A stretch of 64,000 nt of DNA from Utricularia gibba (lineage: Eukaryota; Plantae; Magnoliophyta): the NCBI GenBank assembly GCA_002189035.1, contig NEEC01000014.1, positions 868,001-932,000 of the forward strand, given 5' to 3'. Positions 13,375 to 25,844 of this stretch are shown here, piece by piece; the first letter of the stretch is position 1, and every line of letters begins with the position of its first letter. The notes beneath the pieces are model-generated. The model saw nothing but the letters and a program-made list of their open reading frames with translations, was not told the DNA's origin and searched no databases. A program made the position numbers and the translations under genes.

Positions 13375-15359
13375 GCAGAAGGGCAGTCTAGGGATGCCAT
13401 GACACCTCTTCTTTTTCCTCTCTGATAAGTCAGAATGAGCCTAACCAGTTTCTTTTCTCGGGTTGGGGTTTCCTTTTTCTTCTAATCATGGGCTTTGCGT
13501 AGGCTTTTTGTCTAACATCTGGGGTGTTGTGTGTAAAGTGCTGGTCTTAGAGGAAGGAAGACGTGTTTGTACATACTTTAGCCTCATCTTGTCATCCAAT
13601 TCGAGAATCCTTTGGATTCCATATCGCAACACAACGCCTTTTCTGATCTTGTTGCTCTCATCACATTAAAACACAGATCGTTTTCTTCGGGTCACAAGAC
13701 AAAACACAGCACATGGCCTGAATATTTTAGGCCTTAAATAGATGCATCGTGTGCTTCCTCATTGGTAAATAATCGATGTGGGATAGATACTCATCTCCAT
13801 CAACAAAAGGGCTTCATGTTCATTGCACGTTCCAATAAGTCATCGAATTTCCAAAATAAAAGCCTAATAAAATCGATAAAAAAAAATAGGATTTTAGTTT
13901 TTGAGAATAGAATTTCTTGTCTTAATAAATATTTTTTTTTATTTCAAAAATATGTGCATAGAAAATACATTAAAAGTGGGTATCAAAGCACGAGACAAAT
14001 AGACCACATGGGCTAATTTGGGCTTTTCACATCGAATCAGCCCATCTACACTGGTCCATTTCTGTGGCTTGTGCTTGTCCAATGACCAATGTGTAACGGT
14101 AACTTTCCTGTGGGAGCATTTCTTTTTCCGCCACCAGCGAAGATCTTCTCGGAGAGTGCTAGTTCATACGATGCTTCGCTGGTAATGTAGTGGCAGGGAT
14201 TGGGTATAGCATGAGTCGTCCAAGAAGCGAGGTCTTGTTATGGTGTGTGCCGCTTGTGTAGCAGGTTCTCGATGGATGGGAAGAGTTTTTCTCGAAACTC
14301 GACTGCGCCATGAGAAAAAAAGGCGAATATTCCGTTCCCACTGTCTGGGCTTTTACCCCTGAGTGAGTTGCAGCAGCCGTTCAGTGTCGGAAATTTCTGG
14401 GTCCCAATTATTGCAAACTTTGACGCCTCAATTTCATCGTTGAAGATAACCTGCATGCGTCAGAGCATCACCCGGGTACGAAGATGAAAACTGTTGCCAC
14501 TCAGTTCTTGTTATAAACTTGAATTTGTTTCATGCAGTTCTCGTTGAATCATTGGTGGAGGTTGAGGTGGAAGCATTACTTCCCCTCTTGGGCTGTGAGC
14601 CAAGAATCCTCCAGCCTTAACGGCTCAGGGAAATTATGAAATGAATGGATAATTTCTAGCGTGTTTTTCTATCTTTTCTGTTTTGCTACTCATTTTCATT
14701 TTTTTTTTGATTTGATGTTGAAAAGTTGGAAGCCTTTTTAGTGTATTTATCTCGCCTTCTTGTTGATGGATGCTTTCATTTGTTCCTTTGTCTTAGCACT
14801 CGTGCAACTCGCTACAGATAAAATATGCCATTCCATTTTAGCAATTCCTTTACTGACCGAGTCTGGTGATGCGTGCATTGTTCAAGAAAAGGTGTGGTTT
14901 CTCAAAATGCGTGCGTATTTGAGTTGGCCAAAAAAAAGCCGTTGATTGCACATCAAGTTGGACACAGCTTGTTATTTATATAATGCATGAAAAAGTGAAC
15001 TATGCTGCCTTCCATCCAATGCTTGTTGGTCTACTCTTCGGAATATCAATGTTGTGATATTTCGAATTATTCAAACTGGTCCATTGCAGGACATATGCTT
15101 CGTTAAGAATATTCCTGGTATGATTTAGCTGATGTTGAGGGAGTAGCTTCTCTATGGCGTGAAAGAATTTGCTCTTTTCCACTTTTTTTAGCCACCTGGC
15201 CAAATGGGCTGCTTTCGTTAGCGTGCTTTGTGGATAAAAAAGCAATCTTGAAGCATAAGCTGCGCATGCAAATGGACCTTTCTGCTGATTGATTACGCGC
15301 ATACATTTAGCTGTATTTTTTCGACAAGAGCAACTTTTCTGAATACTCTCATTCTCCAG

Positions 15360-16320
15360 TTGGCCCCAACTCTTCGAAAGCCTCCCACTTTGGAATGTAA
15401 GTCCCGTTTCTTTTACTCTGTATATCAATTCAACCGCTTTCTTGATTAGTTGTATGAACAGAGCGTTGTTGTTACAGATAAAATGGATATGCCCTGCTCC
15501 AACTCTACCAGTGGCCGTACATTGTGGATTTCCTTGCACTCCTTGCGAGTATAACCTGTGCCATTCACTGACGCCATAATCCGTAAATGTTGAGAGTTGA
15601 GACCTCTCTGAAGGCCGTCCAGCTGATTTTGAAGGTCTGGATGCCTCAGCAGCCATGTAGCAAATTTGCTCTCCACAGAGCCAGCTGGCAATATGCTTTC
15701 AGACTCCATCATCCCCTTCAGCAGCAGAACATTGCTTCTGAGGTTGCATGAAGTAGTAACATGCTCTGTTCAGCACTTGACGTTTCAGTTAAATTAGGAA
15801 TCTCAGGTCTCAGTATGGGTGCAGCGCCTGCATTCTACTCTGCCACTTGCTTCTCTCAAGGTACCCTCTTAGTCTCCACGCTGTGGCTGGCTCCCCTGCG
15901 CCAGCATCAAGGAATCAATGGAAGCCCCAGCAGCCAATAACCTCGATTGTGGCTCTTACTGCAGGAACATGGAGAATAACATAGATGAATCCCATAACTC
16001 CACACGGCGTGCTGCAACTCTTGCCTCACTATCCTATTCTCTTCGTTTTTCCCCTTCAGGCCATCATGTTGTTCCTCACAACCATGGAGAAAAGTCGCGC
16101 GCAGCCCTGAGCTTAGCCGGCTTCTGGAGCCTGCCCTATAAGACATACCAAGTATAGATAGACACCAACACAGCGTTGCCCTCTTCGTTTGGGTTTCAGT
16201 TTTGTTGCGATGAAAGGCGGCGTCCTTTTTACAGCGTCGGGCAATTGACCGTGCAAGGAGATGGAGGAGCTCCAGCAATGGCTGCAATCATGCCGCCTTG
16301 GAGTTTCCCAGTTTTTCTAG
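15360..16320 (+). pseudogene. Acyl-protein thioesterase (APT1/2-like alpha/beta hydrolase) pseudogene
   Basis: Colinear exon remnants WPQLFESLPLWN / IKWICPAPTLPV..GFPCT / DLSEGRPADFEGLDASAA-VANLLSTEPA / KLGISGLSMGAA..YSATCF / GWLPCA / HHVVPHNHGEKS / VGQLTV..EMEELQQWL, with frameshifts, a lost GT donor and deletions. Confidence 0.85.
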
Positions 16321-16656
16321 GAAGAAACCAGACCGTTAAACCTAGTTTTTTATCAGCGTGATTTTTTTTTTGTTTTAAAACATTATATATGAATATAAAG
16401 ATTTTAATTATGTTTTTATATTTATATTTTATGATAATATAATTTTTGGTTTTTGACATTCTGAAAATGTATGTATATATTATTTAATAATTAAATAAAA
16501 AATGCATTAATAAAATTGATATGTTTTATGCGACTAAAAAAGAGTATTTGATCAAAAATTTCTAATATAATACTATATTTCTTTTGTTTTGTTTTTGATT
16601 CGCTGGGGGAGTTTAAATTTCTACCTACTCAGGAAGCAGAGTATTTAATCAATACA

Positions 16657-16686
16657 CATGCATGCATGCCGCATGCTGCATGCATG
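16657..16686. promoter_or_regulatory. Cluster of RY (CATGCA) elements
   Basis: catgcatgcatgccgcatgctgcatgcatg; RY motifs are B3-domain (ABI3/FUS3/VAL) binding sites. Function here is untested. Confidence 0.45.
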
Positions 16687-17725
16687 ATCCATGGGCATCG
16701 ATCCATCCATCATTTAAGGAGAGGGAATCCAGCATTCATAACTGACATTCATTTCTTGGTCACATGAATACTGGGGATTGCGTCCTCCTGATCATCAATT
16801 TCAGTCTCCTTTTCTTCTTCTTCTTCCTACACTCGCTCTGCCAGTGCCACCTCATCATCCCTGTGAGAAGCTAACTAATTTTCCGACGGAAATTTGGCCC
16901 CCGATTGCCTACTACCTATGCCGTGAGTGTTGCTGTTGCCAGCCATTGTGTCACCACATGGGTGTGCTGGTCTCCAGTGCTCCCCGCCTCTGGTTGGAGA
17001 TAAAAGAGACTGAGCATGTTAAATGAACAGTGATGCGCAACTGGTGCTCGTGTCCCCCTGCCCGACGACATCTGCAGCCGTAGGGTGGTACTGTGGGGGT
17101 GCCGGGACAGGACAAAACCCTCTCCTCGGAAGGCCCGGCTGTGAAACCCAAGCCAAGTTAGGGAGGAATGATGATGGATGGATGGATCCGATGCTGTCAT
17201 TAATGAATTCGCATTCGTGATCTGTGGAGCTTCTGTGTGTCTCTCACTTTGCTGCACTCTCCAGGTAAAGGAAGTTTTCCATCCTGGGAGGGAGATGACT
17301 CTGAGAGTGATCGTGAAACTTGGAGGATGGGCTGCTGCTGCATTCATTATTCCATCACACCTTCCATCCACTCCAATGCGCCTACTCTGGCCTCTTGTGC
17401 CTCTGCTTTTGTTTTTGTACCTCAGGAGGGACATTTTGGGGTTCAAAGAGGGCTTTGAATGTCACCAACGCTGTACACATCAGTTCTTCTGGTTTTGAAT
17501 TTTATTGTTGTGGGATCTTTGCTTGTTTTAAATGAAGCTGATTTAAAAATCAATTCTTGAAGGGTTTTTTTTTTATGTGTAAAATGGTTGATAATTCTGA
17601 GGTTGAGTTAGGGATGCCGGTTTGGAAGGGAAACTTCTATAAAAGGATGTTAGTTAACTCCGCCTTGTGTTCCGGTTTCTGCTTCATCTTCTTCTCTGAA
17701 GCTGAAACAAAAAAGGGGGTCTCAA

Positions 17726-18216
17726 ATGGCTTCTTCTTCCGATTCCAACGGCAACCACCCGCTAAACGCACCCCACTTCTCCGTCGGGTTCGACCCCAGT
17801 TCGCTGCCGCACACCACGTTTGTCCAAGCCGACCCCTCAAACTTCCGGGCAGTCGTGCAACGCCTCACGGGTGCCGCAGTCGCGAAACCCGACACGGCAG
17901 CCCGGCGCACGGGCTTCAACCTCCACGAGAGACGCCCCACCGCCAAAAGGCTCGAGATCAAGCTCGGAGGAGCAGCCGCGGCCGCCGCCGGGGTGAGGGC
18001 CGTGTCCCCCGCCGCGGTGATGGCGTCTCCGGTGTCCCCGCTGGAGTGCGCGACGGCGCGTGGGAACAACCCGGGGACGCCGATGGATGAGGAGGAGCGG
18101 GCTATCGCCGGCAAGGGGTTCTATCTCCACCCGAGTACTTCCAGAGGCTCCGACCCCCGGAGCTACTCCCGTTGTTCCCGCTGCATTCTCCCAGAGAAAA
18201 TTCCAATTCATCCTAA
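17726..18216 (+). CDS. VQ motif-containing protein (intronless; apparent 1-bp frameshift near the C-terminus)
   Basis: TTFVQADPSNFRAVVQRLTG (FxxxVQxLTG), FNLHERR, EEERAIAGKGFYLHPS. The family-type tail PELLPLFPLHSPR is in the adjacent frame after the C-run at 18154-18158 and ends at TAA 18214-18216; uncorrected ORF ends at 18250. Confidence 0.92.
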
Positions 18217-19518
18217 CTGCAGCCCCATTCGACCTTTTTTTTTCGTTTAAAAAAAAAGCTTCTATTTATGCATCATAATAGAATAATAAATAGCCCATAA
18301 TCGTCAAATTCCAGTTCTTGGGCCGGTTCACTGCCGCCCTCTTGGGCTTTAGGCCCAATTGCATCCAAGTTCCATCCACGCGTCTCGTGGCAATTGGGCC
18401 ACCATTAATAGAACATCCTCATTTTTTAATGAATTTGGATTATTTTGAAATTCAAAGGCGCAGGATCCACGTGTCTCTTGGGTAGTGGGAGACAGATGGA
18501 ACTGCCGACCGCGTATTGGTTGTCGAAGATACAAAAGCAGCCTCCACTCTCACACGGAAGAATGTACTTTTGGTAATGAGCGTGGTGAAGTCCAAGGCGG
18601 CTGACGTGTTCGTGTAATAACAAGTCTACTGCCAGGAAAAAGTCAAGCCTCTAGGGTTCGCAACTGACCCATTAACTTTCTTTTATTTTTTTAATTATTA
18701 TTGCTTTACCGCTGTCGGCAACATTTTCTTTTTCTTTTTTCTCTTAGGGAGAATTTAAAATGGTAATAAAATGTATTATTGTTCTAAATGCGAAAATCAT
18801 TCTAATAAAATAAAATTTCAATTTTTAATTTTTTACTCTAAAAAGTAGAATATGGAATAGTCAAATTATTTTTGAAACGTTTTTACAAGAATAAAATTAG
18901 GGATATATAATGTTAGTGTAATGCAAGAAAGAAAGCCTCTTGTATGTTCCCATTATTTGTGATAATGTTAGAATTTTGGAAAAATTTCAAAAATTTGAAT
19001 TTGATCCAAAAGATTAAATTTTGGATAAATTTCAAAAAAAAATCAGGGAAATCTTGAAAGTGTTTTATTTCGAAAAATATCCAAAATCTGAAATTTTGTT
19101 TGTGAACATACTACATTGTGAATTGGGAGCTCTAAGATGTCATCATGATTCAATGTAGAGGAAAGTTGGGTGTTTAATATTGGTTTGTGATGGAGTTAGC
19201 AGGAGTATTATAGTATGGCACATCTCATGCCCCCACCTGCTTTTTATTCACTTTTTTGTAAGCATTACAAGCAAGGAACGTGAAGGGTAACCCTACCTTT
19301 CGCCTTACCCTCTGCTAAAGCTGTGTGTTTGGTTATGCTGAATTATGTAGAGTGGTCCTTCTCCACACCAGCCACGCCAAAAATATACATACATCCCTTC
19401 TTCCTTCTCCTCCTCCTTCTCCTTCTGCTTCTGCTTCTTCTTGTTATTATTATTATCATTATGGTTGCTGGTTACCCTCTGCAGCAGATTTTCATGGGAT
19501 CTCCATTTTTTGAATCAG

Positions 19519-19610
19519 GGTCTTGCCTTTCCACAGCTTTCTTGAACTTCCCACTCTGTGATCTCAGTGACTATAAGAAGTTCAAGAATGCTGTGGGAAG
19601 ACATGGCTCT
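19519..19610 (+). ncRNA. MIR396: MIR396 precursor hairpin
   Basis: Mature TTCCACAGCTTTCTTGAACTT at 19529-19549 matches the conserved miR396 sequence; star GTTCAAGAATGCTGTGGGAAG at 19580-19600; flanks also pair. Confidence 0.97.
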
Positions 19611-20069
19611 TGATTCCTTCCTGCATTCCTTCCTTTCTCTACTGGATCTTCTTTCCATGCCCATGATGCGCTTATGGTAATCTCCTTCTTTGCTGGTATG
19701 GAGTCTGAATCTGGATGGAGAATGGTGGGTGGCTGGAGGGCCAATCAATAATCAACCAATGAACAAGCAGGGAATCTAGCTCACTGTCAACAGTAGAAAT
19801 GTAGCAGAATCTGAAAGGAGATCACATCATATTACCTACTCCCCTTGGTAGGTTTCTCCTCCAAGTCCCAAAATTTGAATCCAGAATGCATAGATCTAAA
19901 TGATGGGCTTTGCATACGCTTGTTCCTGATTGCATTTGCATGTTTGCTATGTTTCCCACTTTGTCTCAACGATGATCGAACTTGTGTTTGAAAGCAGTAG
20001 GATGCACACTGATGAAGATGATGAGGATGGCAGTGGCAGCAAAATCACACAGGAGGCTGGAGATAGAGA

Positions 20070-21412
20070 GGCAGCTCTTTATTTTTCATCAAGTTCTGCT
20101 AGCCACCCATGCCGCTGATCTGCTTCAGATTCTGAGGAGGAATGACTTTGTACTTACATGGCTCATTTCTCCCTTTGGGATCTTGACGCCCTTCATCTTG
20201 CTCCACATCTTCGCCATCCCCTTGTGCTCTTCCAGCATTTCCATCAGCACTGTCCAACTCTGCAGGAATGGTGTTTCAACAGATGTAATTTAACTCGTTT
20301 GGATGCATCAGTTGTCAACTACTGATTCCTAGAACTCCTTTGAGAAAGAGCCTGCCTTCTCGGGTCATTGAGTCCATCACTGTCATGTACGTTTCATTTA
20401 GCATTCGCCTGAATTTTCCTTTCATGACCCTGAGGCATCAAGTCCAGACAATCGAAACAAATGCTTTAGATGAACAGAGCATCTGCTATTGAATGATGAT
20501 ACACAGTCGATTGATCAATAAATCACACGCTTGAAAACAATTCCATTGATTCAATATGCACATACGAGGCCTAGACCAGTAGAAACCATAGATAAGGAAT
20601 GAATGCTACACCAACAAGAGAATGGAAACAATAAAACTTAGAAGGTGACACTGCGAATAGATTGCCTTCTGAAAGCTTTTGAAGAAGCTTTGGCTGTTTT
20701 GCCTTCTTTGCGTCACACCTTGGTTGCAACTACAAGAATTCTTTCCAAGCTAAAGTTGAGAGCAAACTTAAAAGACGAGAAACAAGAGGCTTGACATCGC
20801 TCACTGCACATTCATCCACATGTTCACCAGTTCCAATAGCTATAACAGGGTGCTTTGTTGCTGAAACTCTGTAGAATGCAAGGAACTGTAAGATATCATC
20901 ATAGTGATTATTTGCAGCATGCTATAACTACTCAAAAAATTGAGATTCATACAATAAAGATCTATTAAACAGTTCATGCACAAATAATTCACAGAATACA
21001 TTGCAATCAAATAAGGCTCAGCACAGAACCATATGGATCACATAACACATAATTCAGGGTCAAATCAAAGGTATAATGAATCATGTATGGAAAGATTATT
21101 TAGTGTAAGAAGAAGCGAGGACTTGTTACGCAGACAATAAAATTACTTGTTGCCAAATACTGCTCTATCTTCAATTGATAAAAACTCAGCGGCATCAGTT
21201 CCGCAACTAATGAAGCAAACTCAAGAAAAACGAATGAACAAGGAAAAGGGGGCTTCCAAACTCACACGTTGAATGATCTGCGCTCATCGGATTGTGGTAG
21301 AGTGCTGGTGATTGCATTCAAGGCACTCATTCAACACCTTCTCATCGATGATTTTCGCATTGCTCCGCTGAAGAGCCTGGATGATGCTACCGCCTAACCG
21401 CGCGAGCACCAT
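20070..21412 (-). pseudogene. SRP54: SRP54 (signal recognition particle 54 kDa) unprocessed pseudogene
   Basis: ATG at 21412 MVLARLGGSIIQALQRSNAKIIDEKVLNECL, then frameshift to ITSTLPQSD; later fragments [95 protein letters not shown]. Most of the GTPase domain is unrecognisable. Confidence 0.9.
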
Positions 21413-21899
21413 CTTCACGGAATACTAGAGCAACCGAATTCAGGGACTTGGAGAAAACTGAAGCAATTCGCCGGAATAGAAATGGAGAAACACGGGATTC
21501 CGATCAGGGGTGGCCTTGTATTCGTCACCGTTTCCCAAATCCTTTCCTAATATGTTTTTTTTTTCAAAAAATCGTTTCTTTAAGGTTTAAGCTTCATTAC
21601 AGTACTACAGAAATAGAAGATAAAACAGAATGAGATTCTCAGCACATGCCTTTCTCCCTCCCATTTCGGATTCTAAAGTGATAAGCGAGGAAAGAAAGCA
21701 TTTTCTTATTTTAAATGCCCACTTTCTGCAAAGGGACAACGGAGGGCCTTGTCTCGCCGCACGCCTAAACAACAACGGGCCCTCTCTGCTTTGCGGGGAA
21801 ATTCTTGCGTTTCGTTTAGAAAATCTTCAACGCCATCTGTAGGAGAACTCAATTTGCTTAGAGATACAGAACAGGATAAAAACGTATTCTTTTTCCCAC

Positions 21900-23777
21900 A
21901 TGCCTCGGTCATCATCAAGAAAAGGGACTACGAATCTTAAGGAATCCGGGAATTCACCGGTCATGGACCTTTTTCGTGGAGGTTTAATTCTTGTTTTTTT
22001 TTTTTTGAATATTTTGTGCAGATTTGGATCTTTTCGCTGTTTCTGCTTATGGGTATGGCTGATTGTGTTTGTTTTTGAATCTTGGTCTGGATTGAGATGC
22101 CGAGGACAAAGAATTGTTCTTTTCTTGTGATCACCTGGTTGATGGGAGGAATATGTTTTTTGTGGGTATGAATAATTGTGTTAAACAGCCGTAGAATTTT
22201 GCTGTGGATTGAGATTTTGGAACTGGAATATGTGGATCTTCTTTTGGCTCTCTTGCTGTGCGAATTCGCTGGGGGACAAATCATTGTTCTTTTGTTTTGA
22301 TCATTCTCTAAAAATGATATATTGAAACTTGGTGGTGTTTCTTGCCAACTTTTTCCTTTTCTTCTAATGTAATTGTTGCTTTCAGGTTCAAGTAAAGCAT
22401 CTTCAAAAGATGTCGAAAGACAAGATCAGCTATTCTACACATACGCTAACCATTCCTTGAATATGATCGAGTAAGTGTCTGCATCTACTTAACTATTGCT
22501 GCTCATTCTTTGGAGACTACATCTTGGGACTCATGAACCAAATCAAGTGAATGGCATTCTGGGAATGTGCATTTATCATATAGTGAGAGACATCTAGTTT
22601 CAACATAACTGTTGATTGATGAGCTACCAATACCTTGGTCTTCAAAGCCTTAGTAGTTTTACATTTCCTTGGCTTCCATCTCTGCTCATCTTGTCATCTC
22701 TTTGTCTATTACCAGCCCTGATGGAATCGTATCCCTCTGCACAGACATCGGAGTTGAACATACAGATGTTCGGATTCTAATGCTGGCTTGGTGATTCTCT
22801 ACTTTGATATATATTGTTTTGTTGTAACATTGTCTTCTGGATATTGAACGCTGGATGCTTTATTTCAGGAAAATGCAAGCAGAGAAGCAAGGGTACTTCA
22901 CTTTGGTAAGACAGCTTTTCAAACTTTTAGATGCCCTGGATTTTTCACTTATCAACAATAGGAAAGTTGCGGCCCATCATAAATCGTTGATTCGAATTTC
23001 TTTCGTTTTAGCATTGCTGTGTAAACACATCTTCTTGACACTGTGATCTACAGGAAGAGTGGAGAAGAGGACTTAAAGAACTTAGAGCAGATTCAATAAG
23101 CAAACTACAGAAGGCAGTATTCGAGCTTGACAACAAGGTAATTGTTCATCCCTGAGCATTACGGTGGGATGAGTTCCTTGGAGATCATGAGCTGCAACAA
23201 GGTGTACTGATCCTTTTTGATGTCTCAAGGTCAGGAAATCCTCATCCTTCCCGGAGTTCTATTCCTTTGCCTTCCGGTATTGCCTGACCGGTACGCTATA
23301 AACTCGAACCCGATTTTCCGTACTTTTGAGTCTGTATTGCTCCTCACTGATTCTTTTCAGAAGAGAAGCAGAAATCTGTTGACATTGAGAGCATCTGCGA
23401 ACTGCTGGAACTTATTCTAGGACCGCAATTTCCAGCTCAAGTTCATGCACTTACTCAGTACCTGAAGGTATGGCGTCATCTGTTGTTCATCGTTTCCATT
23501 GGATCCTTAGTCACTACTCATTGATGGTTTCAGCAACAAGCTGAGTATAAGGTCATCAACTTGGATCAATGGGATGGTTTCTACCGATTCTGCAATGAAG
23601 TTAGTTTCCAGTTCCTGTGTGAAGTTAACTCAGACATTATATTGCATGAATCCGAACCTGGGGTTTTCGTGGCAGATAAATTTTTCAACCTTTGAGAATT
23701 ATGATCCCGATCTCGCTTGGCCGCTGATCCTGGACAACTTTGTGGAGTGGATGCGATCGAACGGCGGCAGAGCTTAG
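21900..23777 (+). CDS. DCN1: DCN1-like protein (defective in cullin neddylation; PONY domain)
   Basis: Spliced translation PDGIVSLCTDIGVEHTDVRILMLAWKMQAEKQGYFTLEEWRRGL...FYSFAFRYCLTEEKQKSVDIESICELL...VINLDQWDGFYRFCNEI..ENYDPDLAWPLILDNFVEW; GT-AG sites in frame. Confidence 0.93.
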
Positions 23778-24224
23778 TGCCTGCTTTTTAAATAATGTCT
23801 GCTGCTGTTGATTCATATGCTGTGATTGATTTTTAATGCTGCAGCATTTGCATTCTGCTTTGAGCAAATAATTCAAGATATGGGAAGCCAGCATGCACAG
23901 AAGGTGTTATGTTTCAATGCATACGTTTAGTATCATAAAAACACGAGCAAACAACCGCCATCAACAAGCTACTGATGACGCTCAACAAGATGAAATGGAC
24001 CTCAAGAGTTTTTTACAAGAGATACGTGAAAAGATGCAACCAAGCAATCTTGAGTCATAGAGATAACTCACCAGGGGTGTTCCTTCTGAGTTTTTTGGTT
24101 CCATGTCTACATAATGATCCATTACTCCTAGTTGCAAAAAAAATGAACATTGGGCAAGAAAAGGGATCACTTCATGGAAACGAAGAGATAAGTCATAACA
24201 TGGTTTATAGAATAAGATAGGTCA

Positions 24225-25187
24225 TCAAGCTTTGGATGGCCAGCTTGCTTGAGAAGACATGATGATGCCAACAATGACTCCAAACAATCCAAGAGCACTT
24301 CCAAATATCTCTATGACAAGGATCTTCACAAAGAGGGACGAGTTTTGTGCATCAGACAAAGCGCAGCTGCTTCCAATTACCCCGACACAAAGCCTAGTTA
24401 ATACCCAAAAAATAAAAAAAAAATCACAACGTTGAGAAAAAATAAAACTGGGAATTCGCAAGATCTCATTAGGCGTACTGAAGATGCGGCATGAATAGCT
24501 TACCCACAAACAAGGTTCGCAAAACCAACAATTATTCCAGATGCAAAAATGGCATATCCTGCTCTGAGAGATTCAGGGTCATAAATCTGTGACTTTGGCA
24601 CGCTTTCGAGCTTTGTTTGAAGAATGATCGCCACTATAACTCCGTATATGGCCACAGCCTCACAAAAAATGACACTAAAGCACCGGGTAAGAAGTAAGCT
24701 CATAGGCAACAACGTATAAGAAACACCGACACCTAACAAGATATAAAGAAAAATTTTCGATGGATTGAAAATTGCTGCCTTCGTAATGCAGCATAACATG
24801 GCATTCAGACTGTATACCAATATATCTCCACAAAACAGAAAATTGAGAGGAATGGACCAGCAATCGACCAAAACACATTAAAAAACTCATAATTCGAACT
24901 CGAAAAGTACCTGATCAGATTTTTAGACGTGATGCGAGGAGCTTTTATGGCAGCACCAATCAAGCTACTCCCCGTAATATAAATTCCCCTAAATTTCAAA
25001 GAATCTTTCGGATAAGAAAGCAAGCAAAAAAAAAAAAAAAAAAGATTGATCTGCGAATCAAAAATATCACAGAAAGCAAGTACCATGCCGCGCCGAGGAC
25101 CGAGACTCCGATGGAGATAGCGATTCCGATGGCGGAGAAGGTGTACGGAGAAACTCTAACCAAAGCTTGAGACCATGAGCTCGACAT
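24225..25187 (-). CDS. VHA-c'': V-type proton ATPase subunit c'' (proteolipid), 4 exons
   Basis: [82 protein letters not shown].../[44 protein letters not shown]. Confidence 0.97.
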
Positions 25188-25844
25188 CGCTGATATCTGC
25201 ATTCCAGAAAAATCAAAATGAAGAAGTTATTGATGGAGTTTTGGGCCAATAAATGGGCCTAAAACTTGGGTCAATATATTTTATTGAAATGAGCCTAACT
25301 CACTATATGGGCTTTGACTATATTATTTATTAATCTTATAAATTTTATGAGAAGAGAAAATAAATATATGCAGTGAGGGTTGTAATACTGAAAATCTCTT
25401 AGCAGATCCAAAATTTGAACCACAAAAATAGGCATTTTGTACATGAGATGCCAAAGCCAAACAAGAAATACAAGATGCTGCTGGTCTGGTGCTAGGATTG
25501 TAATGAGTCATTTATGTGAAACAATCTTCTCAGAGGAGGCGCTTCAGCTATCCCTGAGCTTTCCAACTGGCTGCTAATAGCATTCATCTTGTCCTCTCAG
25601 GAGGAGCAAGTATCTAGTTCTCACAGAAGGAGGGGAGGAAAGAAAAGGAGAAAAACACCAAAGGCAACTCAGTGGAGGAAGGTATAAATAAATTTACCAG
25701 AACCTTGGAGCTCAGTTTTATGCACCAGATCATATATCAATCTGCCACAAAGAAAGTCTGATGAAATCAGTTATCCATTTCTTCTGTATCTCGCCTGGTT
25801 CCTTCTACTTGGTTTTCTGGATTCAGTAACACTGGGGAGATTCC

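Noticed and set aside
15000-16287. Minus-strand ORFs of 218, 126 and 88 aa as protein-coding genes
   Set aside because: No recognisable motif; the opposite strand explains the sequence as an APT pseudogene.
17237-17340. Short hairpins as a second miRNA precursor
   Set aside because: Stems are under about 10 bp with mismatches and contain no conserved mature miRNA sequence that I recognise.
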